Shown piece by piece: positions 40,310 to 48,215 of a stretch of DNA of 48,215 nt. Location of the stretch: assembly GCA_937863565.1 (NCBI GenBank), contig CALMGJ010000011.1, forward strand, positions 186,001-234,215, read 5' to 3'. Source of the stretch: an uncultured bacterium. GTDB taxonomy: Bacteria > AUK180. The notes beneath the pieces are model-generated. The model was not told the DNA's origin. It did not search any database and saw only the letters and a list, made by a program, of their open reading frames with translations. The position numbers and the translations under genes are program-made. The number at the start of each line of letters is the position of its first letter. Within the stretch, counting starts at the first letter, position 1.

Positions 40310-41676
40310 TTGCCGAGCTCCTTCGTCAGATTATCCATAAAGGCGGCCGTTGCCGCCTTGTATTCCTCCGGAACGGCTATGTAGAATACTGCAGAAAGCG
40401 TGACCGCGTTTTCAATGAAAAGCGTGAACAGCGGCTCCAGAGCGCCGAATTTGACCTGTTTTCCGTCCTTGATGATATCGATGTCCCGGGCCTCTTTGAG
40501 CCGGGGTTCGGTAAGGTCGATATTCTCTATCGACCTCATATTGATGAAGATATGGTCTTTCGTGATCTTGCCGTCCTTTATCTCTTCATAGATCATATCG
40601 CGGAGCTTTTCTTCGCCGATACCGTTCAATTTTGCAAGAAGTCTCTTGGAATCCTCATTGAGCTCAACGCGCAAACGGCGGGAAAGCTCGTGGTTCTCGA
40701 GGTCTTTCAAGAACTCCAGCTGCTTCGAGGAATATACGGATTTGATGCGATAGGCGATCTTCAAAAGATCGCGGTACTTGATGCGGATGCCCATCTCGCG
40801 TACGAACGGTATCTTCGAAGCGATGAGCTTGCTTCTCAGTTCATCGTCCGTATATATGTAGAAATCCTTAAGTTCGCCACCCTCGAAAGCCTTCTTTATT
40901 GCATTCTGGATCATGTTGCCGACGACGAGCCCGGTATCGGTGAGGTAAAAATTATACATGGAGCTTCTTGCCATCAGCATGTCCTTGATCGCGGGGATCG
41001 CCTTCTCGGACGCGAAAAGGTATGTCTTGTGGTCGTATTTCGTTTCGAGAGAGAAAAATTCCGTGATCGTATCAACGGAAATATCTCCGTAATTGACCCC
41101 GGAGAACCTTGAATCGGTGATGAGAAAAGCGAGCTGATCGGCGTCGATCGCGCCGAAGATCATCTGCTGCATATAGGGCTTTTTGCTGAACTTCCTGCGG
41201 ATCAGCGCGGAGATCACGTTCGGATCATGCCCGTAGGATCTCAATATCTCGGGGATCTGTCCCATATTTACATGGCCCTTTTCCTCCTCCGGTACCGGCA
41301 TGTTCTTTTCCCCTTTGATCAGCTGGCACGTGAAGTCCATATGATCTTCCTTGAACAGTTCATTGAACAGGATCTCGGTGGAATGCGAATACGGCCCGTG
41401 CCCCAGATCGTGAAGAAGTCCGGCGGCGCCGAGGCAATCGACCTCATCACGCGGAAGGCCCAGTTTTTCGGATATTTTGATCGCCGTATATGCCACTTCC
41501 ATAGCGTGCAGGAGCCGCATATGCTGAGCGCCCGGATATATGATGTACAGGGGGCCCAGCTGTCTAATCGTGGAAAGCCTCTGCATTTCGGGCGTTCCGA
41601 TGAGATCGGCGAGCACTCCCGTGAAATGCATGAGCCCCAGGGAAGGCGAACGGATGATCATTTCTTTCTTTTTCAT
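40306..41676 (-). CDS. HD-domain phosphohydrolase (SAMHD1/dNTPase-like)
   Basis: QRL..IRQLG...IYPGA.H.R..H, LLHDLGHGPYSH, IDAD; ATGA overlap with moxR. Confidence 0.88.
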   Translation of the reverse strand: MKKKEMIIRSPSLGLMHFTGVLADLIGTPEMQRLSTIRQLGPLYIIYPGAQHMRLLHAMEVAYTAIKISEKLGLPRDEVDCLGAAGLLHDLGHGPYSHSTEILFNELFKEDHMDFTCQLIKGEKNMPVPEEEKGHVNMGQIPEILRSYGHDPNVISALIRRKFSKKPYMQQMIFGAIDADQLAFLITDSRFSGVNYGDISVDTITEFFSLETKYDHKTYLFASEKAIPAIKDMLMARSSMYNFYLTDTGLVVGNMIQNAIKKAFEGGELKDFYIYTDDELRSKLIASKIPFVREMGIRIKYRDLLKIAYRIKSVYSSKQLEFLKDLENHELSRRLRVELNEDSKRLLAKLNGIGEEKLRDMIYEEIKDGKITKDHIFINMRSIENIDLTEPRLKEARDIDIIKDGKQVKFGALEPLFTLFIENAVTLSAVFYIAVPEEYKAATAAFMDNLTKELGK

Positions 41677-41752
41677 AATTAACCTCTTAATATGAATTAT
41701 AACAGATTCTTTATGGTATTTTCAAGGTGAACAGTTTAAAACTTCGTGATTT

Positions 41753-43345
41753 CTATATCTTGGGGAACGGGATCGCCAGGCTGCGGTAGATCCTCTTTGC
41801 CCTTTCCAAACAGGATATTCCGGTTTCATTCTTTCCCGGAATCCGTATGCCGAGCGCTGCCAGCCGTTTCAAAAAATTCCCGTATTCGATAAGGGCGTCG
41901 GCCTCATTCCGAAGCCTTTTCAAAGTTTTAAAAAGAGCCAAAGATCTTTTAAAATGCTCCGCCGCCTTAATTGAAGAGGCCAAAATATCCTTGCCGCGGA
42001 ACTCCTTTTCCGATAAGAGGTTTAATGCCCGGCTCCCGCATGTCCCGAGTATACAGCAGGCCTCGGCCTCAAGGGAGAGATTTTTTATTTTCCTCGCCTC
42101 GTCAAGGGCGCCTTCGGCGAATTCCCGCGCTTTTCCGAGAAAGCCGCTCCCGGCATATCCCAAATAGATCTCCGCGAATCCTATCTTGGCTTCACCCATG
42201 AAATAGCGGTCACCAATGGCTTCGAAGATCCTGAGCGCCTCCCGCATGGCCTTTTCGGCGACCCCGTATCTTCTCCTCTTTATATGCACTGCGCCGAGAT
42301 TGAGATGAGCGATGCCCATCCCTCTTTTATATCCGATCGCCCGATTGATCTTAAGGTATCTTCTGTACATGTTTTCCGCTTTCGTCAGGTCCCCTCTATT
42401 CAGATGGATCATGGCGATATTGCCCGTTGACATGCTTATTCCCGATCTGTCGCCGGATGACTCGCTTAGGGATAATTGCTTTTCATGGCAGGCCAGGGCC
42501 TCCGCATATTTACCGCGGTTCTTGTATATGATCCCGATATTGGACCAGGCGCGGCCTTCGCCGGTTTTATCCCCCATCTCGATGCTTATGGCAAGATATT
42601 TCCTGTAGAAGATCATAGCCGTATCGTCTTCGCCCAATTCGTGGTGTACAAGGCCGAGATTGTTCGCAAGGGCTCCGACATGTCTTTTGATCCCTATCTT
42701 CACGGCCGCACTCAGGGCTTTTGAAAAGGCGTCTTTCGCCGCATCAAGAGCGCCCTGCTGCCAATAGACATTGCCCGTATTGGCCGATGCGGTGATGACG
42801 CCCGGAATATCGGATATCTCTTCATAATAGCATAAGTTCTTTTTCCATATCTCTAAAGCGGCGGAAAAATCGCTTTTTACATAAAGGACCGCGGCAAGAT
42901 CATTGTTCAATTCCGCCTTCAATGCTTCTATTTCCGCAGCGGTTCCCGTATCAACGCGGATCGATCCGAGAACCTCCATAGCGGAATTAACGGCATTAAG
43001 AGCCCTGTCCATATCTCCTTTCATCCTGAATATCCAGCACTCTTTCCCCAAAAGAGCGGCATGCGCAAGGGATTTTCCCGCGGTTCTGCCGGATGTCCCC
43101 TTAAAGCCCCTCAGCAGATTTTTACCTTCTTCGATCGCCTCCAGCGCCGCATCGAATTTGCCCTGCTGCTGTAAGATATTGGCGATCGAGGTCTTTGCCG
43201 TAGCGCGCTCGATCACGTTATCCGCATAACGGAGGCTCTCATTGAAACAGGACATCGCCTCATCGTTCTTCCCTATTACGCTTAAAAGCCCGCCTTTTGA
43301 ATTCAAGGCCTCGAGAAAGAGGGTCACAAGCGCGGAGTGGTTCAT
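41753..43345 (-). CDS. stand-alone tetratricopeptide repeat protein
   Basis: tandem TPR units (NNLG, SNIG, GNIA, LNLG); ATGA overlap with the alkD-like gene. Confidence 0.88.
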   Translation of the reverse strand: MNHSALVTLFLEALNSKGGLLSVIGKNDEAMSCFNESLRYADNVIERATAKTSIANILQQQGKFDAALEAIEEGKNLLRGFKGTSGRTAGKSLAHAALLGKECWIFRMKGDMDRALNAVNSAMEVLGSIRVDTGTAAEIEALKAELNNDLAAVLYVKSDFSAALEIWKKNLCYYEEISDIPGVITASANTGNVYWQQGALDAAKDAFSKALSAAVKIGIKRHVGALANNLGLVHHELGEDDTAMIFYRKYLAISIEMGDKTGEGRAWSNIGIIYKNRGKYAEALACHEKQLSLSESSGDRSGISMSTGNIAMIHLNRGDLTKAENMYRRYLKINRAIGYKRGMGIAHLNLGAVHIKRRRYGVAEKAMREALRIFEAIGDRYFMGEAKIGFAEIYLGYAGSGFLGKAREFAEGALDEARKIKNLSLEAEACCILGTCGSRALNLLSEKEFRGKDILASSIKAAEHFKRSLALFKTLKRLRNEADALIEYGNFLKRLAALGIRIPGKNETGISCLERAKRIYRSLAIPFPKI

Positions 43346-44043
43346 TTTCTCAGATATGAAAGCCTCAATTCTTCGGGGAATTTTTCGATGGCATATCTCA
43401 GCATAGTGCGCGGCATTACTTTTTTATGCTTATCGAGAAAGTCGCGTTCCGCCTTCATATCCCTGCCCCCGATCTCGCGGAGCATCCAGCCGCAAGCCTT
43501 GTGGATCAGATCGTGTTCATCCCCGAGAAGGATCTCGCATATCTTCAGCGCATCCTGCGGCTCGCCCATCCGGATAAAATAAAAGGAGGCGATGACGGCG
43601 ATCCTTCTTTCCCAGAGGTCTTTTGAAAGCGCGAGTTTATAAAGAACAGCCCGGTCCTTGTCAAAAAGCCATGCCCCTACGATCTTCGGAGCCGAACAAT
43701 CCACAAGGTCCCAGTTGTTTATAAATCGCGTATTCTTCAAATAAAGGCCGAACAGCGCTTTCTTCTCTTTCTCGTCCGCCTTTTTGAATTTTTCCACCGC
43801 GATCATGAGCGCCGTGAGCCGCACTTCGTGATACGGGTCTTTCAGTAAAACCGCAAGGTCCTCGATCCCCGTCTCCTTATAATACTTTTTGGCAACGGCC
43901 TTCTGCGCGGGAACGGTAATTCCGTAGAACCTGTCGCCCTCGCCGTATCCGCCCTTGTGCGTCTGGAAAAAGCGGGCATAGGAACAGGCCTTTGCGGGAT
44001 CGGACATTTCCACCAATGATTTAATGATTTTTCGGGATATCAT
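43342..44043 (-). CDS. DNA alkylation repair protein (AlkD-like)
   Basis: FFQT..GGYGEGD.F.G..VP, HEVR, NNWDLVD.SAP, LWERR, DLIHKA.GWMLRE, MPRTMLRYAIEK; start set to ATG 44043. Confidence 0.92.
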   Translation of the reverse strand: MISRKIIKSLVEMSDPAKACSYARFFQTHKGGYGEGDRFYGITVPAQKAVAKKYYKETGIEDLAVLLKDPYHEVRLTALMIAVEKFKKADEKEKKALFGLYLKNTRFINNWDLVDCSAPKIVGAWLFDKDRAVLYKLALSKDLWERRIAVIASFYFIRMGEPQDALKICEILLGDEHDLIHKACGWMLREIGGRDMKAERDFLDKHKKVMPRTMLRYAIEKFPEELRLSYLRK

Positions 44044-44048
44044 GATAT

Positions 44049-44076
44049 ATTTTACAATAATCGCCGATTTTTTCAA
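44049..44076 (-). promoter_or_regulatory. sigma70 promoter, leaderless, for the alkD-like gene
   Basis: TTGAAA (44076-44071), 16 nt, TAAAAT (44054-44049), 5 nt before ATG 44043. Confidence 0.55.
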
Positions 44077-44184
44077 GGGTAGAACACGTTCCGAAAGGGT
44101 CTCCTGCGCGAATTCGCGGATCAAATGTGATCTGAGTATTTCAAAAGGCAAAGTTTTATGTTATACTGTCTTTGGAAAAGGCCG

Positions 44185-45033
44185 GTGAAAAGAAAAATAA
44201 TATCCCTTATTCTTTCAATTGCCGCTGCGGCCATCATCCTTTCCGGTTCCGGCGGAGATCCCCGCTATCCGTGGCTCGGGAACTATCTGAAAGAGAATGC
44301 TTTGAAGGAGAGGATACCTGCCCCCGAAGGCTTCAGAAGGATCGATCTTCCAGAAGGTCATTTCGGGCTCTGGCTCAGGGGCCTCCCTCTTAAAAAGAAA
44401 GGTTCGCCTGTCAGGCTCTACAATAAACGCCTGAAAGCGCGGCAGGATATTCACTATGCCGTCATAGATATCGATACGGGAAAAAGGGACCTCCAGCAAT
44501 GCGCGGATGCTGTGATCAGATTGCGCACGGAATTCCTCTGGTCCGAAGAGCGGTTCGACGAGATCGGCTTCAATTTCGTTTCGGGGTTCTACGCCTCTTA
44601 TGAAAGATGGCGCGAGGGCTGCCGGATCAGGATGGAAGGCTCGAAACTTAAGGAGGAACGGACCGCGGGATATGACGGCACACATGAATGCTTCAGGAAA
44701 TACCTTGACGCGGTATTTACTTATGCCAATACCTATTCCCTTAAAAAAGAACTTGCCTCATCGTATATCCGTACGGTCATGCCCGGGGACGTTCTCATCT
44801 GCGGCAGGGCGTCGGGATACTGCCATGCGGTGATCGTAATGGACGTTGCAGAAAATGATGTGGGGAAGAGAAGGTTCATCCTCGCGCAGAGCTATATGCC
44901 GGCGCAGGATATACATATCCTTAAGGTTCCCGGTTCGGATGATTGCTGGTATGAAATACCCGAAGGAGACATATTAAGTACGCCCGAATGGGATTTCGGG
45001 ATCGACGAGATAAAAAGGTTCCGTGAAAAATGA
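44185..45033 (+). CDS. DUF4846-family exported protein
   Basis: RIPAPEGF.R, WLR.LPLK, DLQQCADAVIRLR, YANT.SL, PGDV, HAVIVMD, LAQSYMPAQ; GTG 44185 gives a signal-like N-terminus (track start 44158). Confidence 0.85.
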   Translation: MKRKIISLILSIAAAAIILSGSGGDPRYPWLGNYLKENALKERIPAPEGFRRIDLPEGHFGLWLRGLPLKKKGSPVRLYNKRLKARQDIHYAVIDIDTGKRDLQQCADAVIRLRTEFLWSEERFDEIGFNFVSGFYASYERWREGCRIRMEGSKLKEERTAGYDGTHECFRKYLDAVFTYANTYSLKKELASSYIRTVMPGDVLICGRASGYCHAVIVMDVAENDVGKRRFILAQSYMPAQDIHILKVPGSDDCWYEIPEGDILSTPEWDFGIDEIKRFREK

Positions 45034-45817
45034 ACATATCCTGAACATTTACCGGATAAAAGCGCTCCAGTTCAGGGCGGAGATATTCAATCTGATGGGG
45101 AGGAGCAAAGAGGCGCTCGGGGACACAGAGGCCCTTATCAAGATCCTTAAGGGAAAAACTTCTGCCGGCGCCGGCAAGAGCCTCCCGACCGCGATCACAC
45201 TAAAAGCGTTTATTTTAGGATATCTTGAGCGCTTCGATGAATCCATGGACTGCTGGAAAATGGCGGAGAGACTTTTCAGAAAGAACGGGGATGCCCGCGG
45301 CGCCGCGGCCGCACTAATATCCATATCCGCTGTGCATGAAGCGCGGAAGGATTATAGAAAAGCCCTTAAGTGCTGTTTTAAGGCGTTGAAAATACTGGAA
45401 AGAACAAAGATGACCGATGAACTTGCCAATGCCTATAATAATCTCGGGATGATCTTTCATTCGCTGAACGATCTTGATAAAGCGGTATCCTACTATCAAA
45501 AGGGGCTCGATATGCGGACCCGCCTGAACGATAGAATAAGAATGGGGGAAAGCTACAATAATCTTGCATTCGCCTTCGAGGATAAAGGCGATGTGAAAAC
45601 GGCGCTGAATTACTACGGAATATCCCTGATAATAAGAACGGAAACGGGTCATAAAAGAGGCGAAGGAATCACGCTTGCCAATATGGCGCATCTTTATAAA
45701 ACCCTGGGCGATAAGGAAAAAGCGAAGGAGTGCTATGTTAAGGCATCGGGGATCTTCCGCGCGATAAACGAGAACGCTTTTGCAAAAAAGATGTCGGACG
45801 CCCTTGAAGGGCTTTAA
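45023..45817 (+). CDS. stand-alone tetratricopeptide repeat protein
   Basis: TPR units (AYNNLG, SYNNLA, TLANMA); overlaps the end of the DUF4846 gene. Confidence 0.85.
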   Translation: MKNEHILNIYRIKALQFRAEIFNLMGRSKEALGDTEALIKILKGKTSAGAGKSLPTAITLKAFILGYLERFDESMDCWKMAERLFRKNGDARGAAAALISISAVHEARKDYRKALKCCFKALKILERTKMTDELANAYNNLGMIFHSLNDLDKAVSYYQKGLDMRTRLNDRIRMGESYNNLAFAFEDKGDVKTALNYYGISLIIRTETGHKRGEGITLANMAHLYKTLGDKEKAKECYVKASGIFRAINENAFAKKMSDALEGL

Positions 45818-45952
45818 AAAAGTCCATATAATATCCCGTAAAATCCTTCTTGCCGCTCTTATTTTATGGAAAAAGCACATAGGCGGAGATAATAGAATGC
45901 CAGGGCGGATGCAAAGCATTAAGTAAATTCGGAGGTCTATTAAGATAAACTC

Positions 45953-45981
45953 TTGACAAATCGCCTGAATCGCCATAGAAT
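45953..45981 (+). promoter_or_regulatory. sigma70 promoter
   Basis: TTGACA, 17 nt, TAGAAT; AAGGAGG RBS before ATG 46000. Confidence 0.75.
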
Positions 45982-45999
45982 ATTGATAAAGGAGGCGTT

Positions 46000-46962
46000 A
46001 TGTTAATTCAGAGGCTTCGGGGTATCGTCCTTATATCGGTTCTGCTATTCGTTTCAATACAAATTTCACCATCCGCGGAAGATAACGACACATCTTCCCC
46101 GCTCCTTGCGCTTGATGCGGGAATGCCGGGGGAATTCGATGAATATTTCGTATCCGATCCGTGCGTATTGAAGGTGAACGGGACATATCTGATGTATTAT
46201 ACGGGATATGGACCGGATGAAAAGGCGAGAATAGGCCTGGCTGAATCGGATGACGGCACAAATTGGATAAAAAAGGGTGTTGTTCTTGATAGCGGCATAC
46301 TGACTGATCTTGGATTGATCGACCTTATGGAACCCTGCGTATTGTATGAAAAGGCCCAAAAGACGGGAAAGGCCATATACAGGATGTGGTATGCGGGGAA
46401 TACTCATGAAGATAATTTCATTTTCTATGCAGAATCGGAAGACGGGAAAAACTGGACACAGAGGGTTTTACCCGTATACGGGAAGGTGAACGGAGAGAAA
46501 AGAGTAAGGGAGCCCTGGGTGATAAAGGAGGATAACAGTTATCTGATGTGGTATTCGGACGGAGAGAATGTGAACCTGCTTAAATCGAAGAACGGGGTTG
46601 ACTGGCATTATATAGGGAATTTTGTGAGGGCCGGCGAAAGAGGGAAATGGACATCAAGAGGTATTTTTTCATTCAAGGTATTTTTAAAAGATAAAACGAA
46701 GATGTTCTTATGCAGCGGCAAAGATGAGAATGGATACCTCACGGTACACACGGGTGAAATGTCGAAGGATAACAGGATACTTGAGATGAGCGAAGAGCCG
46801 GTGATCGGGAAGGATGAAACACTCTATAAATACGGAGCGGGCGGCGCCTGCGGGATGAATGAAAGCGGCAAGATAGGGATATGGTTCACGGGTGTCAATT
46901 CCGAGCACCCGAGTGAGAGCGGGTTTATGAGGATATTCTCTATTGAAAGAGGAGAGGAATAA
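46000..46962 (+). CDS. secreted five-bladed beta-propeller, glycoside hydrolase-like (GH43/32/130-like fold)
   Basis: signal peptide; repeated blades DP.V....G.Y.MYY.G..IG.A.S.DG.NW, EPCVL..YRMWYAG..YAESEDGKNW, EPWV..YLMWYS. Confidence 0.75.
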   Translation: MLIQRLRGIVLISVLLFVSIQISPSAEDNDTSSPLLALDAGMPGEFDEYFVSDPCVLKVNGTYLMYYTGYGPDEKARIGLAESDDGTNWIKKGVVLDSGILTDLGLIDLMEPCVLYEKAQKTGKAIYRMWYAGNTHEDNFIFYAESEDGKNWTQRVLPVYGKVNGEKRVREPWVIKEDNSYLMWYSDGENVNLLKSKNGVDWHYIGNFVRAGERGKWTSRGIFSFKVFLKDKTKMFLCSGKDENGYLTVHTGEMSKDNRILEMSEEPVIGKDETLYKYGAGGACGMNESGKIGIWFTGVNSEHPSESGFMRIFSIERGEE

Positions 46963-47703
46963 ATGAAAAAATTATTTCTATTATTATTTACTTGTTTTTT
47001 GTTAAATTTTTTTTACTCAGCAAATTTACACTTTTCATTAAATTACAATGATGATAATTATTATGATTATATGGGATATGGCAATGAAAAGTATAATTTC
47101 TTTTCTGCCTCAAATTTTCCCGATTATTTCGATACACAATTATCTCTCAATATCGAATTCGAATATAAAATATTTAAAAACCTTCTCGAGATTAAATTGG
47201 AATTATTCGAGAAAACGTTTCAAGAGAATGATCTGGAAGGTAATAAATCGATAAATTACATGCTTGGAATGTCACCAAAAATACTTTTCTTCTTGAGTAA
47301 GAAAGTTAATTGTGGTTTGAAGTATAAGATCAGATGGTTTCCTGATGAAAAACACTTCGATTATGACAAAAAAGCGATAAATGATTTAATTGCCGAACTG
47401 TGGTTTATTGATATAGGGCTCGGAAGTTTTAATTTGCACTTCGGCGGAGAGGTTTATATTCCAAACCACTTTACGGTAAATTTTTTTCCATGGGATTTTC
47501 TTGGGCTTTCTTTCTCTTTAAACGGCTTTACTCTGTTTTTAGATGGTGAATATGCAGGAATAACAGATTTTACAGTAATTATCAGAAAAAATAATATTAC
47601 GATTTGTAATTGTCCTATTAAATATATAGAGATTAATGTGTTTTTTCAGCATACAGCCAATCGCGTAAATGTATATGGATTACGATTAGGGGGAAAAATA
47701 TGA
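46963..47703 (+). CDS. hypothetical exported protein, possibly an outer-membrane beta-barrel
   Basis: signal peptide MKKLFLLL; aromatic-rich with alternating hydrophobic strands; C-terminal VYGLRLGGKI; AT-rich. Confidence 0.6.
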   Translation: MKKLFLLLFTCFLLNFFYSANLHFSLNYNDDNYYDYMGYGNEKYNFFSASNFPDYFDTQLSLNIEFEYKIFKNLLEIKLELFEKTFQENDLEGNKSINYMLGMSPKILFFLSKKVNCGLKYKIRWFPDEKHFDYDKKAINDLIAELWFIDIGLGSFNLHFGGEVYIPNHFTVNFFPWDFLGLSFSLNGFTLFLDGEYAGITDFTVIIRKNNITICNCPIKYIEINVFFQHTANRVNVYGLRLGGKI

Positions 47704-48098
47704 CCCCTAAGACTTTTTTAATTTTATTTATTTTATTATATTGTTCGGCTAATTCTCATAAGCAAGAGATTCACCAATACATTATCAGTCAATCAAAATC
47801 TTTATTTGAAAAAACATTTAATAATGGCGAAAGTATTTGGTCTGAAGAGGTTTGGCAAGAAGATGCAGCTCCTGACTATGTTTATGGACTTCCATGGTTA
47901 ACAATTACAATGACACATTATTGGAATCAAGATGTAAATTTCCCTACAGGGATTGGTTTAATGTACAATGCCGCACCATTACCCTCAGCATACAATAAGG
48001 CGAAGAGATACTACGACGGTTGGACCTTATACTTCGGATTAGATTATCCAAGCGAAAAGGGCTTTATGAGGATATTTGTTTGGGAGGCGGGGGAATGA
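47700..48098 (+). CDS. short secreted protein with a Zn-phospholipase C/P1-nuclease-like N-terminus; possibly a truncated chimera
   Basis: signal peptide then HKQEIHQYI..EDAAPDY..THYW; C-terminus PSEKGFMRIF matches the end of the 46000 protein. Confidence 0.5.
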   Translation: MTPKTFLILFILLYCSANSHKQEIHQYIISQSKSLFEKTFNNGESIWSEEVWQEDAAPDYVYGLPWLTITMTHYWNQDVNFPTGIGLMYNAAPLPSAYNKAKRYYDGWTLYFGLDYPSEKGFMRIFVWEAGE

Positions 48099-48215
48099 AA
48101 AAAATATTATTTATTATCCTTCTTTTCAGCGTTTATTTATCTTTAGAATGCAAAGCATTCATATCTTTGACATACAACAATCGTATTTTGAATAATGAAC
48201 TCGAGGGATTTGAAA
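48095..48215 (+). CDS. partial exported protein, probable paralog of 46963..47703
   Basis: GGGAGG RBS, ATGA overlap, MKKILFIILLFSVYLSLECKAFISLTYNN; open to the window end. Confidence 0.65.
   Translation, partial: MKKILFIILLFSVYLSLECKAFISLTYNNRILNNELEGFE

Noticed and set aside
44124..44145. AAATGTGATCT as a CRP site
   Set aside because: Only the left half-site matches; TCACA is absent at the required spacing.

Overview
Chromosomal window from a diderm bacterium with moderate GC, probably an uncultivated lineage; the taxonomy cannot be determined from the sequence. Housekeeping genes are dnaA, transketolase, ftcD, lepB, metK, a CDF metal transporter, an AlkD-like repair protein, three nucleotide-sugar epimerases and a Fec/Btu-type ABC importer. 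Signalling and accessory genes include a CHASE2 adenylate cyclase and an operon of macrodomain, two response regulators, TonB-dependent receptor, periplasmic binding protein and histidine kinase. There is also a DUF559 nuclease next to an AT-rich DUF2075 nuclease-helicase, a large cyclase-STAND-TPR protein, three stand-alone TPR genes that start in the same register, and an HD hydrolase-MoxR-DUF58 operon. The AT-rich right end holds secreted-protein genes that share a C-terminal peptide, each followed by a similar exported protein. Non-coding features: DnaA-box clusters both upstream of dnaA and about 28-29 kb away at the window start (dnaN and rpmH are not next to dnaA), 7/8-bp periodic repeat arrays bracketing dnaA-tkt-ftcD, a ~200-bp element with 28-bp inverted ends, and several apparently leaderless promoters. 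No rRNA, tRNA, CRISPR array, transposase or integrase was recognised.
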